A DNA stretch of 47,956 nt from Candidatus Methanomethylicia archaeon. GTDB taxonomy: Archaea; Thermoproteota; Methanomethylicia; CALHIW01. The stretch spans positions 1 through 47,956 of the forward strand of contig JAWBQF010000021.1 of NCBI GenBank assembly GCA_038845975.1. Reading direction: 5' to 3'. Below are positions 21,603-30,625 of this stretch, piece by piece (within the stretch, counting starts at the first letter, position 1; each line of letters begins with the position of its first letter). The notes beneath the pieces were generated by a model. The model was given only the letters and a program-made list of their open reading frames with translations. It did no database searches and was not told the DNA's origin. The translations under genes were made by a program, and so were the position numbers.

Positions 21603-21864
21603 TTTCAAAATCCGTAGATTCAAATTTATGATAAGGAAAAGAAATCTTGATAAATGCCCCTAATAATAATATAATAATGTATGATAGCAGAAAAACATAC
21701 TAACATTAAGCCCAATTCATGAAAGATGTTGCTTGGATCTAGTGGGCTATGTAGGCTTAAGACTAGCGGTAACTCTAATATCAGCATAATGTACATAGTT
21801 TCCTAAATCATCACGTACTAAAAGTAAACCTCAAGGTTTATATATTTTTGTTGGTGTTTTTCTT

Positions 21865-21948
21865 GGGCCCGTCGTCTAGTGGTAGGACTTTAATCCTGAA
21901 ACCTGCCTTACACGCAGGAGGTCAGGGGTTCAAATCCCCTCGGGCCCA
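21865..21948 (+). tRNA. tRNA-Val(TAC) with intron at 25/26 (21889-21900)
   Basis: GGGCCCG/CGGGCCC-A, CCTGC-CT-TAC-AC-GCAGG; BHB central helix TAGG/CCTG, bulges AC|T and AA|A, outer GG/CC. Confidence 0.92.
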
Positions 21949-22476
21949 TTAACAATCCCTACTAACTCTCTCAATAATAGCTTCAAGAACACGCTTAATA
22001 GCCTCATTTTCTTCATATTCCAAAACAGCTCCACATATCTGGCATTTAAAATTATTTTCATAAGCTTCATCAAAAGTCATTCGCATATGTTCTCTGTTAA
22101 TACATCTGTAGAAGCTATTTATCTTTTCATATTCAAGCCTCTCTTGAAGTTTTTTTAGCACATGTCTTTTCATTTCATCCATAAATTTCTTTAAATTATC
22201 TGGTTGAAGATACCATTGATATATGAACCATCCAGTTTCTTTATCTCTTACTCTCTTATAATATGCTAACTGGTTAGTATGTAGAAAGTAAAGTATTTTT
22301 CTAATAATATTTACCTTTAAATCGCTTTTTTGGGAAATTTCCATATCTGTTATGCCTGGACTACTATATACCATTTTTGCTATTACCACAGCAGGTTCGC
22401 CAATGATGACTTTTATTATTTCTTCGAAATCCTTAGGCAATGTTTTTAAATCCTTTTTAGTAGGCACTTCGATCAC
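21949..22476 (-). CDS. tfe: Transcription factor E, alpha subunit
   Basis: wHTH with IRKILY.L, RVRDKETGWFIYQW, LQERLEYE, Zn ribbon (YRC...FKCQICG). Confidence 0.93.
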   Translation of the reverse strand: MIEVPTKKDLKTLPKDFEEIIKVIIGEPAVVIAKMVYSSPGITDMEISQKSDLKVNIIRKILYFLHTNQLAYYKRVRDKETGWFIYQWYLQPDNLKKFMDEMKRHVLKKLQERLEYEKINSFYRCINREHMRMTFDEAYENNFKCQICGAVLEYEENEAIKRVLEAIIERVSRDC

Positions 22477-22529
22477 TTTATTTTTATAATCTCCACTTTA
22501 ACATTTTTAAATATTATGCTTCATCTATT

Positions 22530-23707
22530 GGACGTGGCAACTTAAGGGGTTGTATAAGTTTTGTTGTTACTTTTTATGTTGGTATTGGTGTTTGTAGTAT
22601 CTTGTGGTTTTGAGGGGTAGGGTTTTGTTGGGTGTTGAGGTTCTAGTATAGTTTTTATATTAGATGTTTGAGGAGTTGGAGTATTATTTGGTTATGGGTT
22701 TCTGGATGTTTTGGTAGGTGGGTGAATAGGTTTAGGGGTGAGTGTGGATCATTCCTAGGGGTATAGATGGGACTGGGGTTAATGCTAGTGTAGATTATTG
22801 AGTTATTAGGTATTTAGGGGTGAAGTAATAGTTGTGAAGGTATTTAAGGGAATATTATGATGTTTAATTATTAATGAGGTATTGTGATGAGTATAGGTTT
22901 TCATTGATATTAGATTATGGCTTCAAAACCTCTCAAGAAATAAACCATCATCGTTAAAATTCATAGGAGAATTATAGTAGATAAGATACTCATCATTCAG
23001 TAAAGAACAAAATACCCAACATCACATCAAACCAATAAATAAAATCATAGATAAGAGAAAAATGAATACTAGAACTCATAAACTATTCATACAATCTACA
23101 ACCACCTAGAAAATGAGCTTAAGCTGCCAGGTCCCATCTATTTGTCTTATCAACTTTAAATTTTTTATATCACTCTCCTAACATGTTTCAATAACTTCTT
23201 ACATCTATTGTGTGTATTAATCACGCTTCTAATAAAACTTTTAAATACTCTGTTGTCTCTCCAATATTTTATACTTAATAATTTGATAGTGTTTAGTCTA
23301 TTAGCTTTAGCAATACATACTAGCATTAGATGATCAATGGTAGCTATTTCAGCATCAAATTCATCCTTCGATACTTTAATAGTATGTGTACATCAATTAT
23401 ATGTGAGAATAACACGTGAATCTATGTCATCCTCCCTTAAAATGCAATCCATACAGTAAGTGAATCAATTCTAACATTATATTTACCAACATAACCTTTC
23501 TAACCAATAATAATTAATAATTCATCAAATCTATAAATTTACTTATAACTGGCGATCAATAGCTAATGTTCTATTCATCCTTAAGCTACAATCAGAGAAC
23601 ATAAACCTACAAATAGAATGATATTTTTAGTCTATTATAATCCATAATCACTAACCATGCAAATACAGAGCAAACATCCCAAATAAACCTCTAAAGTTGG
23701 CAAGACA
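22530..23707. mobile_element. Old, heavily decayed 1.18-kb IS relic
   Basis: Degenerate TIR (14/20) GGACGTGGCAACTTAAGGGG vs TGTCTTGCCAACTTTAGAGG; 8-bp TSD CATCTATT/CATCTGTT; homologous segments at 17955-18349 and about 36220-36530. Confidence 0.75.
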
Positions 23708-23822
23708 CATCTGTTTTCCTTAAAGATTTTTAAGAGGCGTTGTTGGTAATTAACTAGTTACTAGAGCATTCTAGACTTTAGGCTTCTTTTATGGTTGTAT
23801 CCTCAGTTTATTGATTTCCATT

Positions 23823-24344
23823 TTATGGCATGTAGTTGTCATTCCTACTTCCCTTTTTCAATTCAACAATATCCCCCAAAGTTATACTTTGATTAACATG
23901 TAATTCCTCATACTTTGCATCAATAGCTACTTGCTCTTGGGGTATTAAGAGCGTTATCCTTAAAGCTCTTTCGAGTTTTTTTGCTAAATGTATGTCTGGT
24001 TTTAATTTTCCACTTTCTAATCTCTTTATAACAGATTCTTTTTCATTAATTTGTCTTGCTAAAATTTCAGTAGTTAATCCTAGTTCCTCTCTTTTGCTTT
24101 TTATCCTTATAGCATAATCTTCTGCAATATCATACCTATTTTCGTACAGCCTTGTCTTTGTCATGATGGATTTAGTGTTCTTGCTCAATATTTTTTCAGA
24201 AAATTCTTTTCTCTCTTGCTTATGTGTACTATAAGGCACACCAGTTTTAGCACATCTTTGGCAAGCAATTAAGGTAGCCCCATCAATCATTATTTTTTGC
24301 GAATTACCATGTATTCTACATCCACATATTTCACAACACAGCAT
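23823..24344 (-). CDS. mbf1: Archaeal multiprotein bridging factor 1
   Basis: CEICG...C..C Zn ribbon, HTH (LARQINEKESVIKRLESGKLKP), TLGDIV tail. Confidence 0.92.
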   Translation of the reverse strand: MLCCEICGCRIHGNSQKIMIDGATLIACQRCAKTGVPYSTHKQERKEFSEKILSKNTKSIMTKTRLYENRYDIAEDYAIRIKSKREELGLTTEILARQINEKESVIKRLESGKLKPDIHLAKKLERALRITLLIPQEQVAIDAKYEELHVNQSITLGDIVELKKGSRNDNYMP

Positions 24345-24415
24345 AAAATCAACTAGGTTAATTTTTACAATACTATACTATTTTTAGAGTTATAAATTTA
24401 ACTTTAGTACAGTAA

Positions 24416-24970
24416 GCTTTGTTAGCTTTATTTCTTCCTTATTTATGGTGTTGGTAGGTCTAATGTTATCTTATTGGGGTGGGTGCTTTGTTTGTTTTGT
24501 TTATGTTGTTGTATGTTTGTTATCTGGTATGTCTTTAGAATTTTGTTTATTTTGTAGGGTTGTATTTGTTTTATGGTTTATCTTAAGCTTCTATTGAGTT
24601 TAATAAGGGAATTCTCTACATATGTTGTAAGCATACTTACATTCCTAACATTAAGATAATAAGGGCTATCTATGATTCTAATATAATTGTAATTGTAGTA
24701 CATAACAATTATTTACGGAGATAAAATATTAAATCTAATGAAGTATGTGATTTAGAGGTTAGAATTAATTGAAAAGAATACAATATAGGATAAATAAACT
24801 ATTCAATAATTACATAAGGCATGAAAGATAAATGTGGGGTGAACACGTACTCATGATTATGAAATCAATAGTATATCTAACGAACATGGATTACAAGAGG
24901 ATAAAGCTAAGAATTCATAGAAACACAAAACCAAAATAAAGATAATAAAACATAGTTAAATCCACAAAGT
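24416..24970. mobile_element. Family-A MITE, full length (about 555 bp)
   Basis: Ends GCTTTGTTAGCTTTA...TTAAATCCACAAAGT; body collinear with 36786-37283; right arm shares 59 identical bp with 69-127. Confidence 0.75.
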
Positions 24971-25143
24971 CTATATAAGGCTTGTTAACTTAATAAAATT
25001 GCTAACAAGTTTCTAATTTTGGACCTGACAATTTGAGAAGGAGGCTATGATATACTAAGTTGTCATATCCTTAATTTTGCCGGAATGCTTATAAGAAACA
25101 ATTAAAAACTATGTTAAAATATTTAAGATTAAAGGTGAGATAT

Positions 25144-26325
25144 ATGGGTGGCGCACCTGTAACAATAAAATATTTAATTAGAGCAGGAATAGAAATAAGT
25201 GGTATTGTTGATAAACCAGACGTTATAGGAGCAATATTCGGCCAAACTGAAGGATTACTTGGAGAGGATCTAGATTTAAGAGAACTTCAAAAAAGCGGTA
25301 GAATAGGCAGAATACATGTTGAATTAATTGAGAAAGGAGATAAATCACATGGAGAAATAGTAATCCCATCAGGTCTTGATAGAGCAGAGACAGCTTTAAT
25401 AGCTGCTTCCCTTGAAGTTATTGAAAAAGTAGGGCCTTGTGATGCACGGGTACATATAAAAGCAATAGAGGATATAAGAGAGGAAAAAAGAAGGAAGATT
25501 CTAGAAAGAGCGAAAGAACTCTTAAAAAAAATGAGTAGAGAAGCCATTCCAAATAGTAGGAAGCTTGCAGATGAAGTACTAAATGCTGTACGGGAGCAAG
25601 AAGTTATAAAGTACGGATCAGAAGAACTGCCTGCAGGTCCTGAAATAGATACATCTGATACAGTAATAGTGGTAGAAGGGCGAGCTGATGTTATTAACCT
25701 CATTAAGAATGGATTTAAGAATGTTATAGGAATGGGAGGAACAAGTATTCCGAAAACAATAATCGATCTAAGTAGGAGAAAGCACATCATAGCTTTTGTT
25801 GATGGAGATAGAGGAGGAGAACTTATTTTAAGAGAATTGTTAAAGGTAGCAGAAATAGATGAAGTTGCAATAGCACCTCCAGGTAAGGAAGTTGAAGAAT
25901 TAACAAATAAGGAAATAGTGAAATGTCTTCAGAATAGAGTACCTGTAGCAGAATACTTGCATAAGGATTCAATACAACTAGCTAAGCAACAAAAAGCACT
26001 TATAGAGGGAGAAATAAGCATTCCACAATCTATTATGACTCAGATAAAGGAGTTGGAAAACACACTTGAAGCTATACTTTATGACAATAATTGGAATATA
26101 ATACAAAAAGTAGCAGTAAGCGAGTTGCCAGAAATTATGCAAAAAATTCCAGAAGCCTATGCTTTAGCATTTGATGGCATAATCACTCAAAGAATTCTCG
26201 ACTTATCTGAGGATAAATCAGTAAAGTTAATTATAGGAGCCAAGCTTGGAAATATAGTGAAGAAGCCTTTAAATATTCAAATACTTACTTTTACTGATTT
26301 GAAAAAAGAAGAAAATAATAAATAG
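25144..26325 (+). CDS. dnaG: Archaeal DnaG (exosome-associated TOPRIM protein)
   Basis: VDKPDVIGAIFGQTEGLLG, VVEGRADV, AFVDGDRGG, FDGIITQR; ATG 25144 follows AGGTGA. Confidence 0.96.
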   Translation: MGGAPVTIKYLIRAGIEISGIVDKPDVIGAIFGQTEGLLGEDLDLRELQKSGRIGRIHVELIEKGDKSHGEIVIPSGLDRAETALIAASLEVIEKVGPCDARVHIKAIEDIREEKRRKILERAKELLKKMSREAIPNSRKLADEVLNAVREQEVIKYGSEELPAGPEIDTSDTVIVVEGRADVINLIKNGFKNVIGMGGTSIPKTIIDLSRRKHIIAFVDGDRGGELILRELLKVAEIDEVAIAPPGKEVEELTNKEIVKCLQNRVPVAEYLHKDSIQLAKQQKALIEGEISIPQSIMTQIKELENTLEAILYDNNWNIIQKVAVSELPEIMQKIPEAYALAFDGIITQRILDLSEDKSVKLIIGAKLGNIVKKPLNIQILTFTDLKKEENNK

Positions 26326-26344
26326 CTTAAAATTAAGACAACTA

Positions 26345-26782
26345 TTATAACCTAAGAATCATTATTATTGCATCTGAGTACTTATAATATCTCTTTATAA
26401 TACCAACAGGAATAAAACCAAAACGTTCGTAAAATTTTTTTGCAATATTGTTTCTACTGTCAACTTCTAACTTAATGATTTTAACTTTACTAGATTTAAA
26501 GCGTTTAATTAATTCTAACATTAACTTTGATCCATATCCCTTACACCTATAACTTGGATCAACAGCTATCGAAACAATATGTCCTTCTGATCTCTTTCTA
26601 ACAACTCCAATAATATAACCAATAATGAAGTTGTTTTCTTCAATGACGAGAAAGGTATCTGGAGATATAAAATGATAAAAGTAAAATAAGTACTTTGGAT
26701 ATGGTTCGTTAAAAGATAATGTCTCAATCTCATAAACACGAGCTAAATCTGTTAATTCAAATCTTCTAATAGTAGAAGCCAT
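26345..26782 (-). CDS. rimI: RimI/Ard1-family N-acetyltransferase
   Basis: GHIVSIAVDP.YR.KGYGSKLM, LEV...N..A..FYERFGF, RYY. Confidence 0.88.
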   Translation of the reverse strand: MASTIRRFELTDLARVYEIETLSFNEPYPKYLFYFYHFISPDTFLVIEENNFIIGYIIGVVRKRSEGHIVSIAVDPSYRCKGYGSKLMLELIKRFKSSKVKIIKLEVDSRNNIAKKFYERFGFIPVGIIKRYYKYSDAIIMILRL

Positions 26783-26788
26783 TATAAC

Positions 26789-27121
26789 CTAGTGAATTTG
26801 GTATTCATTTTTAATAACTTTACAAATGTGATGCATAACACTAGTAAGATTAGTGAAATCTATTTTACTCTCAACTATGTCTTGTGTAATTTTATTAACA
26901 GCATCTTTTACAAAGAATATAGATTCAAGAGCTGTAAGTCTTTTGCATCCTCGCTTTGATGAAAGATGATAGCTAATTGCTGGTTGGGTTGTTTCAAGCT
27001 TTTTAGCATCCTCTACTTGAGTAAAATTATATTTTTCAATTAGCTTTCGGGCTATTAATGCCCTGAATGCAGGTAGTATGTCTTTCACAATAGTTTCACA
27101 TAGTGGACGCATTTTTATCAC
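26789..27121 (-). CDS. HTH transcriptional regulator (COG2522-like)
   Basis: MRPLCE..VK.ILPAFRALIA..L, TQ....KL.TTQPAISY.LSSKRG. Confidence 0.8.
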   Translation of the reverse strand: MIKMRPLCETIVKDILPAFRALIARKLIEKYNFTQVEDAKKLETTQPAISYHLSSKRGCKRLTALESIFFVKDAVNKITQDIVESKIDFTNLTSVMHHICKVIKNEYQIH

Positions 27122-27192
27122 TAGTGTATTAGCATCATATTCAAATATAAATTTTAATAATGTAAATTTTTCAGTCTAACTTTATAAATTAA

Positions 27193-27290
27193 TGCGGGGG
27201 GTGGGATTTGAACCCACGAAGGCCTATGCCAAGGGATATCCCAAAATGTTCTTGAGTCCCTCCCCTTTAACCTATCTCGGGAACCCCCGC
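27193..27290 (-). tRNA. tRNA-Leu(CAA) with canonical 37/38 intron (27238-27250)
   Basis: GCGGGGG acceptor, AGGGA-CT-CAA-G|..|A-TCCCT, long variable arm, BHB helix CTCA/TGGG. Confidence 0.93.
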
Positions 27291-27366
27291 AAAATATTAA
27301 TCTTTTAAATAAAGATAAATTTTTCACTGAACTAAATTTATATTACTCTAAGAAAATAAGTAATAA

Positions 27367-27477
27367 GCCGGGGTCGCCTAGGCTGGTCTATGGCGCTGGA
27401 CTATCACAGACCAGACTCATAATCCTAGTCATAGGGTTGGATTCCAGTTATCGTGGGTTCAAATCCCACCCCCGGCA
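27367..27477 (+). tRNA. Elongator tRNA-Met(CAT) with introns at 32/33 (27402-27416) and 38/39 (27423-27442; 37/38 possible)
   Basis: GCCGGGG/CCCCGGC-A; BHB CTGG/CCAG with bulges AC|T on both sides; spliced arm CTGGA-CT-CAT-AA-TCCAG. Confidence 0.85.
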
Positions 27478-27522
27478 TCTATGAAACAACAAGAATATAA
27501 GAGTCTGTTTCCTATAGTTTCA

Positions 27523-27644
27523 GCCCCGGTGGCTTAGTCTGGTTAGAGCGACAGTATTAAAACCGTGAGCGCTTGGTATTTGGCACAAAAAGCGGTAGGT
27601 CCCGAGATAAATTAAGTACGGGAATTCAAATCTCGGCCGGGGCT
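27523..27644 (+). tRNA. tRNA-Thr(GGT) with three introns: 28/29 (27553-27569), 37/38 (27579-27590), 53/54 (27607-27624)
   Basis: GCCCCGG/CCGGGGC-T; after removal ACCGC-TT-GGT-AA-GCGGT, AGGTC, CCGAG-TTCAAAT-CTCGG; each intron has a BHB-like fold. Confidence 0.88.
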
Positions 27645-27990
27645 TTAAGCTTTAATAGGATTTTGTAGGTATGAGGCTTGGTCGATATACGCCGAAGTTA
27701 TATTTTTACACATCATATAACTACTAGACTAGAAATAATAATAATAAGCAGTAGTTAATATATTCCTAATGCTCAGGATGCCTATATGTTGTATCAGAAT
27801 ACCGTTTGTCTTCCATCATTATAATCCTTAAGAAGTGATAAAACCCTAATGAGATGGAACTATACAAGTATTGATAAGATTAGAATGTTAATATCTAATG
27901 TTCTAGTATTTTAAAAATTATATTATAAAATTAATTAAGAAGTTTTACGGTTAAGAATGTCTCTGATAACAATTTTAGAAGTATCGGTAA

Positions 27991-28064
27991 AGCCTCCGGC
28001 GGGATTTGAACCCGCGACATGCCGCTTACAAGGCGGCCGCTCTACCGTGCTGAGCTACGGAGGC
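27991..28064 (-). tRNA. tRNA-Thr(TGT), intronless
   Basis: GCCTCCG/CGGAGGC-T, GCCGC-CT-TGT-AA-GCGGC, GCGGG-TTCAAAT-CCCGC. Confidence 0.97.
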
Positions 28065-28441
28065 TAAGAAATAAAATAAGATGGGAAATATAAATCTTAA
28101 GCTAGTTATATGAGCTCTATAAACCTAAGTCTTATCCTACATTTTACCTCTTATTATAATGATAACAGTATTGTTTACAAACTTAAGCAAACAACTACCT
28201 GTACTTTTATGTCTAAAGTTCACAGAGCTTTGAAACTATGATTAAGTTTATTTAGGAGAACCTGTTTGTTTTAATCGTTTTCATGGTTTATATATTTATG
28301 CCTCATGTAATTTTAGGATTTCTGCTGTTATGTCGCATTTGTAGTTTTTCTAAGAACTCTGGAAATAATCTGAAAAATCATTAAAGAGATTTAACTACTA
28401 GTTTAAATAATAAAGTTCCAGACAAATCCATAAAAACAAGA

Positions 28442-28554
28442 TGGGACCGCGGGGATTTGAACCCCGGTCCCGGGCGTTTTCGGTTTCGCACCCGAAGCCC
28501 GGAGTCTTACCAGATTAGCCTCTAATCATAGTATTAGATCTAGCCTACGGTCCC
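28442..28554 (-). tRNA. tRNA-Pro(CGG) with introns at 15/16 (28515-28539) and 37/38 (28477-28490)
   Basis: GGGACCG/CGGTCCC-A, CGGGC-TT-CGG-G|..|C-GCCCG with perfect central helix TTCG/CGAA; D-loop intron helix GGCT/GGCT plus inner stem TCTAAT/ATTAGA. Confidence 0.88.
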
Positions 28555-28627
28555 GTTATCCATGTAGATTACTTCCATTATTTATTAATTTTTAGGTAAA
28601 GTTTATGTGTAATTTTTATATTCATTA

Positions 28628-29356
28628 ATGATGGTGTTAAGATTGCTTAATTCCCCTACTGAAGAAAATCTTAAGAAAATGATAGCAGGAGAAATTGTAC
28701 TTTCTAATAATCCTGGAAAGATCATTAGAAAATGGCGTAAGCTACTTGATATTAAACAAAAAGAGCTTGCAGAAGTTCTTAACTTATCTCCTTCTGTAAT
28801 AAGTGATTACGAAACTGGACGCAGACAATCCCCAGGACAAAATTTTATTAAGAAACTTGTTGAAACTATGATAGATATTGATAAGAGACGGGGTGGAAGG
28901 GCTATTAATTCGTTTACTCAAATTTTAGGTATAGCTACTGATGGTATATTAGATATTCAAGAGTTTACCGATCCTATAGAACTTAGCAGATTAATTGATG
29001 TTGTAAAGGGAGATGTTTTCGTGGACCATGATCTTATTTTGAAAAGATATATTTACGGATATACTGTTATTGATAGTCTAAGAGCTATTCAGACAATGTC
29101 CGGTGCTGATTTTTATAGATTGCTTGGAGCAAATGTAATGCGAGCTTTGTTTTTTACAAATGTATCAACTGGTAGAAGTCCTATGGTGGCAATAAGAGTT
29201 CAATTAATCAAACCAGTTGCTGTTTTTCTTCATGGACCAGAAAAAGTTGATGAATTAGCCGTTAAGCTTGCTAAACTTGAGAGAATACCATTAATAGTTT
29301 CAAAAATAAACTCTATTGAAAACCTTTTAAAAACTTTAAGAAACATCTCTAAGTAA
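28628..29356 (+). CDS. XRE-HTH transcriptional regulator (COG1709-like)
   Basis: IAGEIVLS.NPG..IRKWR, SPSVISDYETGRR.SPG, GYTVIDSL.AI, FT.VSTGRSPMVAIRV. Confidence 0.88.
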   Translation: MMVLRLLNSPTEENLKKMIAGEIVLSNNPGKIIRKWRKLLDIKQKELAEVLNLSPSVISDYETGRRQSPGQNFIKKLVETMIDIDKRRGGRAINSFTQILGIATDGILDIQEFTDPIELSRLIDVVKGDVFVDHDLILKRYIYGYTVIDSLRAIQTMSGADFYRLLGANVMRALFFTNVSTGRSPMVAIRVQLIKPVAVFLHGPEKVDELAVKLAKLERIPLIVSKINSIENLLKTLRNISK

Positions 29357-29863
29357 TTTACAGTATTTACTTACTGTTCTTTTAATATTCTTTGAACCGC
29401 ACTTAGGACATAAATTGGCAATTACCCTTGCAGAATACCCACAATCCTGACAGTAGTGAAGCCATATAATTTTCCTTGATATTTTTCGTTTACCCACAGA
29501 TTTACATTTTATTCCAAGTTCTAGTGCTACATTTTGAATTGAATAGTCATTGGTTAAAATTATCACATTTTCACCTTGCAAAAATAAATCGATACCTAAT
29601 GCTAAAATAGATATATCAGCCTTAGATAGAGCGGAAGCCTCTCCTAAACTAACTGCTGTATTAATTACTCTATGTATCGAGTTAGTTGATGGATAGCCTA
29701 TGTTAAGCATTCCAGCTTCAATATATGCATCTACTAACATGTTAAGTTCAAATTGTTTTACCTCAGATAGTATTTCCTCAGTTATCCAAACACTCCCCTC
29801 AAATGGCTTTGTTAGTGCTCCACTTAGTATTGCTGATGTATCAAGAATGAATGATGTCTTCAT
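29336..29863 (-). CDS. nob1: Nob1 rRNA-maturation endonuclease (PIN + Zn ribbon)
   Basis: ILDTSAIL, LS.ADISILAL, TNDYSIQNVA, C..CG...CP.CGS. Confidence 0.9.
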   Translation of the reverse strand: MKTSFILDTSAILSGALTKPFEGSVWITEEILSEVKQFELNMLVDAYIEAGMLNIGYPSTNSIHRVINTAVSLGEASALSKADISILALGIDLFLQGENVIILTNDYSIQNVALELGIKCKSVGKRKISRKIIWLHYCQDCGYSARVIANLCPKCGSKNIKRTVSKYCKLLRDVS

Positions 29864-29922
29864 ATTATAACTTAACTGTGAATTAACGTATAAACTTAAA
29901 TTTATATGAAATATTGATTTTT

Positions 29923-30615
29923 ATGCTTAAAGTAGCTATAGTATCATTGCTAGGTTACGAGAAAATTAGAAAAGCCGTAGAAAAGTTAGAAATAGAAGTC
30001 ATAAATTCTAATCCTGACTTTGTAATAACCTATGGTGGTGATGGGACAATTCTCTATTCTGAGAGAATTTATCCATCCATTCCTAAGATTACATTTAAAG
30101 GCTCGGGGCTATGTGTAAGATGTCATTATGATGTCAATGATGTAGAGAGAGTAATTGAAAATGTTATTAAGGGTAATTACTATATAGCAACTGAAATTAA
30201 ACTTGAAGCTATTGCAAGGGGGCAAAAGCTAAAAGCTCTTAATGAAATACAAATTCATAATAAAGTACCTACAAGAGCTATTAGATTCTCAGTGTTTATT
30301 AATAGCAAAGAGTTCAAAGATTTAGTTGGCGATGGAGTTATTATTTCAACACCCTTTGGATCTACTGGATACTATATGTCCGTTGGTGGAAAACCATTCA
30401 GAAAGGGAATCGGAATAGCATTTAATAATCTACATATGAAAAAAATTAGAAGCTTCACAGTACCATTAAAGACTAAAATTAAGGTAACTGTAAACAGAGG
30501 GAATGGTCTTCTTATTGCTGACAATACTGATGAACTCATAGAGTTAACTACTGGTGATGAAGTCCTTATTATGAAGTCAAATGAAAAAGCTAAATTTGTT
30601 AGAATATTTGAGTAA
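29923..30615 (+). CDS. nadK: NAD kinase
   Basis: GGDGTIL, ALNE, GDGVIISTPFGSTGY..S.GG. Confidence 0.88.
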   Translation: MLKVAIVSLLGYEKIRKAVEKLEIEVINSNPDFVITYGGDGTILYSERIYPSIPKITFKGSGLCVRCHYDVNDVERVIENVIKGNYYIATEIKLEAIARGQKLKALNEIQIHNKVPTRAIRFSVFINSKEFKDLVGDGVIISTPFGSTGYYMSVGGKPFRKGIGIAFNNLHMKKIRSFTVPLKTKIKVTVNRGNGLLIADNTDELIELTTGDEVLIMKSNEKAKFVRIFE

Positions 30616-30625
30616 GTGGTCTCTA

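Noticed and set aside
28442-28554. tRNA-Arg(TCG) reading
   Set aside because: It would leave a 3-nt variable loop; the Pro(CGG) register gives a perfect canonical BHB and A73
29336-29356. 21-bp convergent overlap between the XRE regulator and nob1
   Set aside because: Short tail-to-tail overlaps are ordinary in archaeal genomes
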